Source of the DNA: an uncultured Erysipelotrichaceae bacterium
GTDB taxonomy: Bacteria; Bacillota_I; Bacilli_A; RF39; UBA660
Direction of reading: 5' to 3'
Length of the DNA stretch: 37,246 bases
Assembly (NCBI GenBank): GCA_902797105.1
Contig: CADBRL010000029.1
Coordinates: 1-37,246, forward strand
Position numbers and translations under genes: made by a program. Position 1 is the stretch's first letter, and each line of letters starts with the position of its first letter. Positions 28,819 through 37,199 of the stretch are shown piece after piece. The notes beneath the pieces were generated by a model that made no database searches, had not been told where the DNA came from, and saw only the letters and a list, made by a program, of their open reading frames with translations.

Positions 28819-30779
28819 TATTTAACACCTAAAACTTTCTTATAATAATCATTTGTTAATATATTTTTACTCATAATCATTCTATTACCAACTAAACTAT
28901 TCATATAGGTTATATAGTTATTACTTACTGTTTCATTATTTTTAGAAACAAATTTACCTGACTTAGCAAAATAAGTACCTTTATCACTAACCCAACTTCT
29001 ATTTCCAAATATAGCAAGACCAGGTTCTGTACTTAATATATCTTTTCCAATAATTAATCTCGAGTCATATTTTACACCAAATAAATTATATATTGTTGGT
29101 AAAACATCTATTTGGCTTCCAACTTTATCTACATTTATAGTTTCCATTTCACTATTCCAAAGTATAAAATTACTCTTATTTACTTCAACTACACTATCTT
29201 TTTTATAACTTGCTATTTCATTTACTTCATCTATACTTAAGTAATATGGATAATGGTCCCCTACTAAGGCAATAACAGTATTATCTAATTTACCTGCTTC
29301 TTTTAACTTATTTATCAAAGTTTCTAAAGCTCTATCAAGTTCTATTTGAGCTGCCAAATAAGCAAGAGGTTTCTCACTAAACTCTAAACCTGCCACATCA
29401 CTTTGATGTTTTTTAGCCATTGCACTTTGGGTAAATGTGTAACCACCATGACCACTAACCGTAGCATAATATGTAAAGAATGGTTTATCACTATTTATAT
29501 AATCATCAAATGTAGCATTAATCATTTCTACATCAGATTCAGGCCATTGTTTACAATTTATACTTTTTTCAAGACCATTAAAGCATCCTTTAAAATTATC
29601 AAAACCTAATGCTTTTAAATATTTATATCTATCTTGAAAATATATGCTATGATCATGATAAGCAAATGTATTATAGCCAAGTTCTTTAAAGCTTGTTGCT
29701 ACTCCGAATGGAAAATAATTGTTTCCACTTTTCCATGGGCTTACAAATCCTGAGGCAGCTACCAAACCAGTAAGTTCTTGGAATTCTCCTCCAATTGTAC
29801 TTGATATCGTCGGAGTATAAAAATTATTAAATTTAAATCCAGTACTCACTAACTTATATAATGTCGGAGTTGTATCTTCTCTTACAGCTATTTCATTAAA
29901 ACTTTCTGCCATAAACAAAATTAAATTCTTTCCTTCAAAATATTTTGTATATTTATTTTGTTTAGTGCTCCTTTCATTTTTGAAATATTCATGCATACTT
30001 TTAATAGTTTTATTACTTTCACTACTTATTAAAGCATCAAAATCAATATCTAAATTATTATATTCATAAATAATTTCTTCTGGATTATCAACATTATCAC
30101 TATCACCATCATTATCTTTAATAATAATATCTATTTTTTCATCAAACCCAAATATTAATCTATAAGTATCTATAACAAATGTATCTAATACTCCGAATGT
30201 TCTAACATTTAAATCAACATTATTTACATCATAATATAGTTTATATGGTGAATTAATTTTATCTTTATTAATTTGTAAAAATAAATAAAATGAACCAACA
30301 CTAACTAAACATAAACTACTTTTAATAAGTATAGATTTTTTATTTTCTCTTTCAATTAATATTATATTATTAAAAATAGTAAATAATATAAATGGCATAA
30401 ATAGGAGGATAACTCCAATGATATTCCTAATAACTAAATCTACTCCATCACCTGCAAAAGATGCTACTTGTCCTGATGCCCCAAGTAAACCAAAATCAAA
30501 ATAAAAACTAAACATTTTAAATACACATAACTGAATACTGTAAAGTAAGCTTAATAAAAATAAATTTATAAGAAATATTATTTTATTAGTTTTCCTATTA
30601 AAAATTCTGCCAATAACATCAAAAAACAAACTAATAATTAAATTAAATATTAAAACATAAATAATATTTTTACTAAATATCACATTCCCAGTTAGTAATC
30701 TAAATGTTACTTCCATATATAATAATATTATAAAGGTTACTACCCCTAAATAAAACTTTCTTAACCTAAATTTTTTCAT
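28818..30779 (-). CDS. LTA synthase family / sulfatase-like membrane protein
   Basis: 653 aa. About 5 N-terminal TM helices plus an extracellular alkaline-phosphatase-superfamily domain (LILFMAESF, TISSTIGGEF, VGDHYPY). Confidence 0.8.
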   Translation of the reverse strand: MKKFRLRKFYLGVVTFIILLYMEVTFRLLTGNVIFSKNIIYVLIFNLIISLFFDVIGRIFNRKTNKIIFLINLFLLSLLYSIQLCVFKMFSFYFDFGLLGASGQVASFAGDGVDLVIRNIIGVILLFMPFILFTIFNNIILIERENKKSILIKSSLCLVSVGSFYLFLQINKDKINSPYKLYYDVNNVDLNVRTFGVLDTFVIDTYRLIFGFDEKIDIIIKDNDGDSDNVDNPEEIIYEYNNLDIDFDALISSESNKTIKSMHEYFKNERSTKQNKYTKYFEGKNLILFMAESFNEIAVREDTTPTLYKLVSTGFKFNNFYTPTISSTIGGEFQELTGLVAASGFVSPWKSGNNYFPFGVATSFKELGYNTFAYHDHSIYFQDRYKYLKALGFDNFKGCFNGLEKSINCKQWPESDVEMINATFDDYINSDKPFFTYYATVSGHGGYTFTQSAMAKKHQSDVAGLEFSEKPLAYLAAQIELDRALETLINKLKEAGKLDNTVIALVGDHYPYYLSIDEVNEIASYKKDSVVEVNKSNFILWNSEMETINVDKVGSQIDVLPTIYNLFGVKYDSRLIIGKDILSTEPGLAIFGNRSWVSDKGTYFAKSGKFVSKNNETVSNNYITYMNSLVGNRMIMSKNILTNDYYKKVLGVK

Positions 30780-30888
30780 AGACTACCTCTATATCAATTA
30801 TTATACCACTAATTATTAGTTTTATATATCAGATTATACATAAGTTGACACTTTCAAAGTAAATAATTAATAAATAAAAATTTTCATC

Positions 30889-30992
30889 AAAAAACTAGAT
30901 ATAAAATCTAGCTAACTTTTTTAATTTCCACTTTGGCTTGGGTACTCCCACTTTTTTATAAATCATATTTTTGAGGTTTCCCTCATCAATAT
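30889..30992 (-). ncRNA. putative orphan ToxI-like small RNA (promoter copy, hairpin, degenerate repeat, terminator)
   Basis: Downstream of the duplicated promoter, the minus strand has hairpin tgagg/cctca and then aaaagtgggagtacccaagcc-aaagtggaaatt. That stretch shares the aaagtgg core of the 36-nt units. It ends with terminator ctagat-tttat-atctag plus T6 (30889-30911). No ORF. Confidence 0.3.
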
Positions 30993-30998
30993 AGATTT

Positions 30999-31027
30999 AA
31001 TATATCATAACTTTGTGTGTTTGTAAA
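30999..31027 (-). promoter_or_regulatory. promoter, copy A (paralogue of the toxI promoter)
   Basis: Minus strand has TTTACA (31022-31027), 17-nt spacer, TATATT (30999-31004). It is part of a 55-nt block with 46/55 identity to 31761-31815. Confidence 0.4.
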
Positions 31028-31033
31028 ACTTTT

Positions 31034-31560
31034 TTAATTGGTTTGCATAATTTTTGAATATTCCTCGCACTTTTCCTTTAACAATTTGAAATTACAGCAT
31101 CTTCTAGCAATGTTATTTTCAGGAGCCAAATTCTTTAAAACATATATAATTTTTGCATTTTCAAAAATTATATTTTTGTCTATTAAATTTAACTCTTTTT
31201 CTAGTAATTTCCAATAATTTTTTTATCTCTCTGATTATCAAATATTCTAAATTCTTCAAGATTGTCAAATGTTACTTGAGTATAGTTTGATGATGTAACA
31301 GGTATCATATTATTTAAATCTATTGCTCCATATATTTTTCCAGTTTTGTAATTCATAATTTTAAAAAAGTCTAAATCGTTTTTCATGTTATCAAATTTTT
31401 TCTTATATGATGTTAATGGTGCAAAAAAATCAGTTCCATCTAACCTCAAAATAATACCTAAAAAGCATTTCATCTTGTTTTTATATTCAACATTTGGTAT
31501 AAATTTATCATATTTCTTTAAGTATTTTATGTAATCATTGTTTATTGAATACCAAAACAT
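31034..31560 (-). pseudogene. toxN: ToxN/AbiQ-family type III toxin endoribonuclease, interrupted by a 1-nt frameshift in an A7 tract
   Basis: N-terminal 112 aa carry FWYSINNDYIKYLKKYDKFIPNVEY, FLGIILRLDGTDFFAPLTSYKKKF and IDLNNMIPV. After the A7 run (plus-strand T7, 31218-31224) the annotated frame stops at 31201. The -1 frame continues NYWKLLEKELNLIDKNIIFENAKIIYVLKNLAPENNIARRCCNFKLLKEKCEEYSKIMQTN to a stop at 31034-31036, matching my recollection of the ToxN C-terminus (CNFSLLEEKY). One extra A would give a 175-aa protein. GGGGGAG SD. Confidence 0.8.
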
Positions 31561-31580
31561 TTTATCTCCCCCTAAACAAA

Positions 31581-31607
31581 GGATTATTTTCGTATAGAAA
31601 ATAATCC
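31581..31607 (-). terminator. internal terminator between antitoxin repeats and toxin gene
   Basis: ggattattttc / gaaaataatcc form an 11-bp perfect stem with a 5-nt loop, followed on the minus strand by TTTGTTT. Confidence 0.6.
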
Positions 31608-31727
31608 CACTTTTAATATCACTTTTGAACTGGATGTGAGAACCACTTTATTGTTCACTTTTGAGCTGGACGTGAGAACCACTTTATTGTTCACTTTTGA
31701 GCTGGATGTGAGAACCACTATAATGGA
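31608..31727 (-). ncRNA. toxI: ToxI/antiQ-like type III antitoxin RNA: tandem 36-nt repeats (about 3.3 units)
   Basis: Units lie head to tail with no spacers at 31620-31655, 31656-31691 and 31692-31727. Units 1 and 2 differ at 2 positions. Unit 3 differs from unit 2 at 5. A partial unit lies at 31608-31619. The array is on the same strand as the ToxN-family ORF and immediately upstream of it. Confidence 0.8.
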
Positions 31728-31777
31728 CAACAATGTTTCCATATATTTAATGAGAAATATCTCATGAATACATAACT

Positions 31778-31806
31778 AATATATCATACCATTGCGTGTT
31801 TGTAAA
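31778..31806 (-). promoter_or_regulatory. promoter, copy B (toxI-toxN promoter)
   Basis: Minus strand has TTTACA (31801-31806), 17-nt spacer, TATATT (31778-31783), followed by hairpin atgagaaatatctcat. Confidence 0.5.
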
Positions 31807-31813
31807 GCTTTTT

Positions 31814-33136
31814 TTATTTACTTTCTACTTTCTTTAAAGTATCTCCATCTAACACAAATAAATCATTTATATAGCTTTTTACTAATGGATACTTCATATC
31901 ATTATCTTTACTATATAGATAGCCAACACTTGATATCATTGGTAATTCTAATGTTTTAAATTCTTCATTTATATTATTTAAATATTTATAATATAAAACA
32001 TCACTCGCACTTTCATTTGCAATTATAATTAAATATTTATCAATAACAACAACTCTATCTACATTATCTACATCAAAGGTTATATTTTTTACTCCGATAT
32101 TATCTTCAAGTACTGCCTTATTATCTTTTTTATAAATATGATAAATAGTACCATCTTCTAGAGTGTAATTAAAATCATCATAACTATAATAATGAGTTTC
32201 AACTTGAGAAAACTCTTTTATATCATAATTGGTACATACATAATAATCTTCTGTATTTGCTCCGAATAAACCAAATAAAATATTTGATATAAAGAAAAGA
32301 GCTATAAGAATAAACATGCTATTATTATATATCTTTGTTTTCTTTTCTTCAAAAATAGATGCTGAGTAAAGCAAATAAATTAAACTTAGTATTATTGATG
32401 CAACCATACTTGCTGCTGTTATGCTAATTGGTACATTACTTACATAACCACAATCTGTTACTAGATTAACTTCATTAAGAAGTACTGAAAAATCATAGAA
32501 ACTATGAAGAAAAATCATTGCCCATACATTGCGAGTTTTATAATACACTGTACCAAAAAGAATACCTATCGCTGTTGTTTGCACAAATTGCATCATCGTT
32601 GTAAGTAAATCTTGACCAGCCAGTAAATTAGTTAAATGTACAGTACCAAATACTACCCCACTAATAATAATTGAAATAAGTATTTCTTTTTTATTACTAC
32701 TATATTTTTCTAAAAGTTCATTTTCAATTATGCCTCTAAAGAATATTTCTTCAAAGAAACCAATTAAAACAACATATATAACTAAACTTATTAAATTGTT
32801 AACATTAATATTTGTTCCAATTAATTCCGTGGCATTAGCAAGTGCTATAATAACTGATAAAACTAAAATTGGTAAACATAGTTTAATAGATTCTCCAAAA
32901 TTAATTTTCTTTTCTTTGAATATATACCATTTTTTTCTAATTATTAGTAAAACAATAGCAAAAACAAATACTACAAATTCACTAACAGCATATATAATAT
33001 ACTTACCATTTAGTAAACTAAAATATAATTTTGATGCTATTACTCTCCCTAAAATTTTAGTAAATGCTTCAAAAATTACAAATATTAATGCTACTTTAGC
33101 TATAAGTACCCAAATATTATTCTTCTTTTCGTCCAT
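31814..33136 (-). CDS. CPBP (CAAX / Abi) family intramembrane glutamic endopeptidase with extra C-terminal domain
   Basis: 440 aa. EEIFFRG, FGTVHLTN and FLHSFYDF motifs in a multi-pass membrane domain. Followed by about 150 aa of soluble, beta-rich-looking sequence of unknown function. Confidence 0.8.
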   Translation of the reverse strand: MDEKKNNIWVLIAKVALIFVIFEAFTKILGRVIASKLYFSLLNGKYIIYAVSEFVVFVFAIVLLIIRKKWYIFKEKKINFGESIKLCLPILVLSVIIALANATELIGTNINVNNLISLVIYVVLIGFFEEIFFRGIIENELLEKYSSNKKEILISIIISGVVFGTVHLTNLLAGQDLLTTMMQFVQTTAIGILFGTVYYKTRNVWAMIFLHSFYDFSVLLNEVNLVTDCGYVSNVPISITAASMVASIILSLIYLLYSASIFEEKKTKIYNNSMFILIALFFISNILFGLFGANTEDYYVCTNYDIKEFSQVETHYYSYDDFNYTLEDGTIYHIYKKDNKAVLEDNIGVKNITFDVDNVDRVVVIDKYLIIIANESASDVLYYKYLNNINEEFKTLELPMISSVGYLYSKDNDMKYPLVKSYINDLFVLDGDTLKKVESK

Positions 33137-33137
33137 A

Positions 33138-33860
33138 TTAGCCTATATTAGACACATTAGTATATATTTGTGAAACATCTTCAATATCTTCTAGAATATT
33201 ATAAAGTCTATCAAATATTTCTTTATCTTCACCTTCTAAAGTAATTTTATCTTTAGCATACATACCAACTTCATCTATTTCATAATCAACATTTGGCACT
33301 AATTTTTCTATTTCATCTTTAGCACTATTCATATCACTTGGATTTAAACTAACAGTTACATATCCATCTTCTTTTTCAATATCCACGACTTCAATGCCTG
33401 CATTAAGTAGCACTTCAAGTATTTCATCATCATTTTCATATTTAAATGAAATAATGCCTAAATGGTCATAATTATATGATACTGAATTAGTAACCCCTAA
33501 AGATTTATTAACTTTATTAAAGGCAGCTCTAACCATACCAACTGTTCTATTAACATTATCTGTTAAACATTTAATAATTAAAGTACTTGCACCAGGTCCA
33601 AAACCTTCATAAACTACTTCATGATATTCATCTTGTCCAACACCTTTAGCTTTATCAATTGCTCTTGTAATAATATCTGTTGGCACTTGATTTTTCTTAG
33701 CTTTATCAATTAATCTTTTTAAAGTTACATTTGCTTCTGGATTTGGACTTCCTTTCTTTGCTGCTAAATAGATTTCTTTAGCAAATGTTGTATAAACCTT
33801 TCCTTTTGCTGCTCCTGTTTTTTGTATACTTGCTTTTCTTACTTCATAAGCTCTTCCCAT
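33138..33860 (-). CDS. yebC: YebC/PmpR family DNA-binding transcriptional regulator
   Basis: 240 aa. MGRAYEVRKASIQKTGAAKGKVYT and the overall YebC layout. Confidence 0.92.
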   Translation of the reverse strand: MGRAYEVRKASIQKTGAAKGKVYTTFAKEIYLAAKKGSPNPEANVTLKRLIDKAKKNQVPTDIITRAIDKAKGVGQDEYHEVVYEGFGPGASTLIIKCLTDNVNRTVGMVRAAFNKVNKSLGVTNSVSYNYDHLGIISFKYENDDEILEVLLNAGIEVVDIEKEDGYVTVSLNPSDMNSAKDEIEKLVPNVDYEIDEVGMYAKDKITLEGEDKEIFDRLYNILEDIEDVSQIYTNVSNIG

Positions 33861-33875
33861 AAATAAATTCCTCCC

Positions 33876-34919
33876 TTAAACATTCATATTTTTTACAAAC
33901 TTATAAACTCCATAATCTTTATCTACATACCTTATTCTCTTTATTACATCTTTTGCTTTATAAATATTAAAATATGTAAAATTTTCTTTTTTCATCACAA
34001 ATTCTAGTGCTTTAATAACAAGTCTTTTAGCATTTTTAGTACCAAAAAACTTCATCATTTCCTCTTTTTCTTTATTATTTACACTTTTAAGTAAATATTC
34101 ATAATACCAAAGTCCTCTTTTTTTAAAGATATACTTTTTACCATCAAATTCTTTTAATACTCTTAAAGTGTCATAATACCCCATTTTTATATTATTTCTA
34201 ATATCATTTTTCTTAAAATCAAGTATACTACCAAGTTTTCTAGATGGTTTTATAACAACTATTTTCTTTTTATCACTATATGGTCTTCTTAAACCAATAG
34301 CTTGTAAATCAATGACGTATACTTTATCATAACCTTTTTCAAGCAAACTATTCGCTGGTATATAATCATGAAAACCACCATCTAAATAATAACTATCATC
34401 AATCATCTTTTCAAATTTAAATATCGGTAAAAAACAAGATGCTATTAAATAATCATTAAGCTTATCTTTAGGGATTTCTTCTTTAAATAAATATTTTGGT
34501 TTAAAATCATTAAATCTTACAGTAACTAAGCCAAAATCTTTATTACTATAATATAAATCTTTACCTATATTAAATTCTTCAAGCTTTTTTCTTAAATTAA
34601 TAGTGCTTATTCCTTTACTTATCACAATACTTTTAATATTATTAAGTATTTCATTAAGCATTTCTAAATCATAATCATTATTATTACTTTTATTTACTAA
34701 TTTTTCACTAAATCCAAGTATTTTACCTAAATCATCATTATACCAAAAATCATATAATTCTCTAAATCTTCCACTAGCACACATCGCCGCATTAAATGAA
34801 CCAATACTTGTACCAACAAAACCATCTACTTTAACATGAGCATCTAAAAAAGCTTTATAAGCTCCAACCTGATAAGCACCTCTCAGACCTCCCCCAGAAA
34901 ATGCTATTCCCCTTTTCAT
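33876..34919 (-). CDS. patatin-like phospholipase
   Basis: GGGLRG oxyanion loop, GTSIGS (GxSxG), and a DGG Asp of the catalytic dyad. 4-nt overlap with the upstream gene. Confidence 0.85.
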   Translation of the reverse strand: MKRGIAFSGGGLRGAYQVGAYKAFLDAHVKVDGFVGTSIGSFNAAMCASGRFRELYDFWYNDDLGKILGFSEKLVNKSNNNDYDLEMLNEILNNIKSIVISKGISTINLRKKLEEFNIGKDLYYSNKDFGLVTVRFNDFKPKYLFKEEIPKDKLNDYLIASCFLPIFKFEKMIDDSYYLDGGFHDYIPANSLLEKGYDKVYVIDLQAIGLRRPYSDKKKIVVIKPSRKLGSILDFKKNDIRNNIKMGYYDTLRVLKEFDGKKYIFKKRGLWYYEYLLKSVNNKEKEEMMKFFGTKNAKRLVIKALEFVMKKENFTYFNIYKAKDVIKRIRYVDKDYGVYKFVKNMNV

Positions 34920-35830
34920 TTCTTATTTACCAAAAGATTTCCTAACATTTTTTGAAATCTTCTTCCCTTATTTTTAGATTTTAATCTACTATAATAAACA
35001 TTTATATAATCATTTCTATAGTGCAACAATTCTTCAAGTTCATCTCTATCACTACATACTGGGCTATAATAATTTTTTTCTAAAAAAAACCTACTTAATA
35101 AATATTTAAAACTTAAACCATTTATTTCAAGTAACTTATCTAATAAATCCCCATATTTAATAGTTTCACTACTTGCTAAATCAAATGTTTTTTTATTTAA
35201 TTTATCACTATACTTTATTCCTTTTACAAAAGCATAAGCACAATCTTCTTTAGTTATTACATCCATTATATCATCTCTATTTCCATGATACATAAATGTT
35301 TCTTCCAGAGGATTAGATAAAACTAAAGGTATTCTATATATTGTATAATTTTTTAATTTTTCTTTAACTAATTTTTCACATTCTATCTTAGCATTTTCAA
35401 AATAATCATATTCATCTAACTTTAGTTTACTCTTAACACTAGGATTTTCTATTTGTTTATATACACTTGTAGATGATGCCAAAAACAAGTGACATTTTGG
35501 ATTATAATAACTAATTGCACGAACAATATTTTCGCACCCTCCATAGTCTATAGCCATTGCTAAACCTTTTTTCATGTTTGCAAGTGGTGGCATCGCACTA
35601 GCTAAATAAATAATATAATCTTGGTCTTTAACTAATGCTTCCATTAAAACTCTATCTGTTACATCCCCATAAAGGATATTAACTCTTTTTCTAAATCTTT
35701 TTAATCTTTTAAATACTTCTTTATTTTTTAAATCTAATATAGTTATTTCATATTTTCCTTCACTAAGTAAATATTTAACAGTATGAACTCCGATGCTACC
35801 TGCAGCACCAACAACTAGTATTTTTTTCAT
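34916..35830 (-). CDS. NAD-dependent epimerase/dehydratase family (extended SDR) protein
   Basis: Start moved to ATG 35830 (AGAGGTGG SD). N-terminal VVGAAGSIG Rossmann motif. Confidence 0.75.
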   Translation of the reverse strand: MKKILVVGAAGSIGVHTVKYLLSEGKYEITILDLKNKEVFKRLKRFRKRVNILYGDVTDRVLMEALVKDQDYIIYLASAMPPLANMKKGLAMAIDYGGCENIVRAISYYNPKCHLFLASSTSVYKQIENPSVKSKLKLDEYDYFENAKIECEKLVKEKLKNYTIYRIPLVLSNPLEETFMYHGNRDDIMDVITKEDCAYAFVKGIKYSDKLNKKTFDLASSETIKYGDLLDKLLEINGLSFKYLLSRFFLEKNYYSPVCSDRDELEELLHYRNDYINVYYSRLKSKNKGRRFQKMLGNLLVNKK

Positions 35831-35841
35831 ATGTCCACCTC

Positions 35842-36558
35842 TTATATACAATTAATTATAATTAACATTATTATACCTATTATTATACCATAAATAGTTT
35901 CTTTTTTATGTATTTCTTCATAAACTTCTTTTAAAAGTTCAAATAATAGAATATGAAGAAGCATTCCACATGTAAGGGATAAAATAATGATTTCTAAAGT
36001 TTCGCCTAAACTTCCAAATATACTAAAGATTAAACCACCAATAAAACCAGATAAAACAAGTAATATAACTAAGGTAATATTTTTTTTATTTTTAATTGAT
36101 GGAGCTATTTGAAAACCAAATGGCAAATTATGAAGTCCAATTCCTATTAACATTATTAAACCACTTTTTATATTATTTATAGATACTCCGTATAATGCCA
36201 TACCTTCGATTATATTATGAAGTAAAAGAGCAATTATTGTTATAAGACTAACGTGTTCCATATGTTCTATATGTTCTTTTTTATCTTCATCATTTTCATG
36301 GTGTTCATGTTCATGATGAGGAAGCAATTTATCTATAAAGATTAATGCAAGTAGACCAATACCTATAAAAAGTATTGACCATGAATTACTTGCCTCAATT
36401 ATTTCAGGTACCAAATCAAATGAAATAAGTCCAATTATAACCACACAAGCACATGCAATTGACATTCTAGAAAATGCAACTTTATTAGAATTTTTTCTAT
36501 AAACTATTATTCCAATCAAAAAAAATAAACCACTAAAAAACGTTAATAACAAAGCCAT
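35842..36558 (-). CDS. ZIP family metal (zinc) transporter
   Basis: Start moved to ATG 36558 (AAGAGGAG 6 nt upstream). Multi-pass membrane protein with a His-rich loop (HHEHEHHENDEDKKEHIEHMEH), LHNIIEGMA and GLHNLPFG. Confidence 0.8.
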   Translation of the reverse strand: MALLLTFFSGLFFLIGIIVYRKNSNKVAFSRMSIACACVVIIGLISFDLVPEIIEASNSWSILFIGIGLLALIFIDKLLPHHEHEHHENDEDKKEHIEHMEHVSLITIIALLLHNIIEGMALYGVSINNIKSGLIMLIGIGLHNLPFGFQIAPSIKNKKNITLVILLVLSGFIGGLIFSIFGSLGETLEIIILSLTCGMLLHILLFELLKEVYEEIHKKETIYGIIIGIIMLIIINCI

Positions 36559-36672
36559 ATTTAACTCCTCTTTTCTTAAGTATTTTATCAAAAATATTAT
36601 ATTTAATCAAGAAAATTTACACACAAAAAAACAAAAAGCACTATATTAACGCAGTTTTAAAATTTTACAAAA

Positions 36673-36703
36673 GAAAAAATGGAACATTATTTTATTATTC
36701 CAT
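36673..36703 (-). terminator. terminator of the UPF0316 gene
   Basis: Minus strand reads atggaa-taataaaataatg-ttccat followed by TTTTTT. The hairpin includes the stop codon. Confidence 0.5.
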
Positions 36704-37199
36704 TTTGTACATATTTTGTATCATTAATTACCACAAAAGCATCTGGGTCATTACTTCTAACAATATGAGTAAGAATTTTTAATTTTGATTTATTAAGTTG
36801 TATCATAAGCATAGTTTTCTTTTCATTATCTTGAGGATTTTTTAAATCCACTGCAGAAACCCCAAAACCGGCATTTCTTATTTCATCAAGCATTTTCTTA
36901 ACCCCATTTGTTTTAGTAGTTACTTGAACCCCAATTAAGCCTTCCACAAAATTATTTGAAATAAATCCTCCGATAAAAGTTCCCGTTGCATAACCGCCAG
37001 CATAACAAACAGGGATTAAAATTGATGTTACATCTGTAGTTAAAGCTTCCCTAGCCACTAAAAACCATATAAGAACTTCAAAGAAAGCAATAAAGGCGGG
37101 GGTAAATCTTCGACCTCGAACAACAAGTACTGTTCTAATCGTACCTAAAGTAACATCAATAATTCTTGCAAAAAATATTTTCAAACAAAGTAACAACAT
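36687..37199 (-). CDS. UPF0316 / DUF2179 family membrane protein
   Basis: 170 aa. N-terminal region ARIIDVTLGTIRTVLVVRG with 3 TM helices, plus a C-terminal DUF2179-like soluble domain. Confidence 0.75.
   Translation of the reverse strand: MLLLCLKIFFARIIDVTLGTIRTVLVVRGRRFTPAFIAFFEVLIWFLVAREALTTDVTSILIPVCYAGGYATGTFIGGFISNNFVEGLIGVQVTTKTNGVKKMLDEIRNAGFGVSAVDLKNPQDNEKKTMLMIQLNKSKLKILTHIVRSNDPDAFVVINDTKYVQNGIIK

Noticed and set aside
31608-31727. The 36-nt direct repeats could be a small CRISPR array.
   Set aside because: The units are contiguous with no spacers, and there are no cas genes. They sit directly upstream of a ToxN-family gene on the same strand, which is the type III antitoxin layout.
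3343-33173. Seventeen short ORFs in the supplied track that lie antisense to longer genes: 3343-3567, 4919-5239, 9828-10139, 10385-10570, 12885-13130, 13288-13548, 15107-15346, 15740-15937, 16470-16682, 16753-16980, 18096-18281, 18976-19206, 19222-19452, 21493-21717, 23603-23824, 29403-29609 and 32730-33173.
   Set aside because: Most are fully embedded opposite a gene with clear family motifs; 16753-16980 and 32730-33173 run partly past the end of the gene they oppose. Their translations are low-complexity and Leu/Phe/Ile/Ser-rich, as expected for the reverse frame of AT-rich coding DNA. None has a convincing SD.
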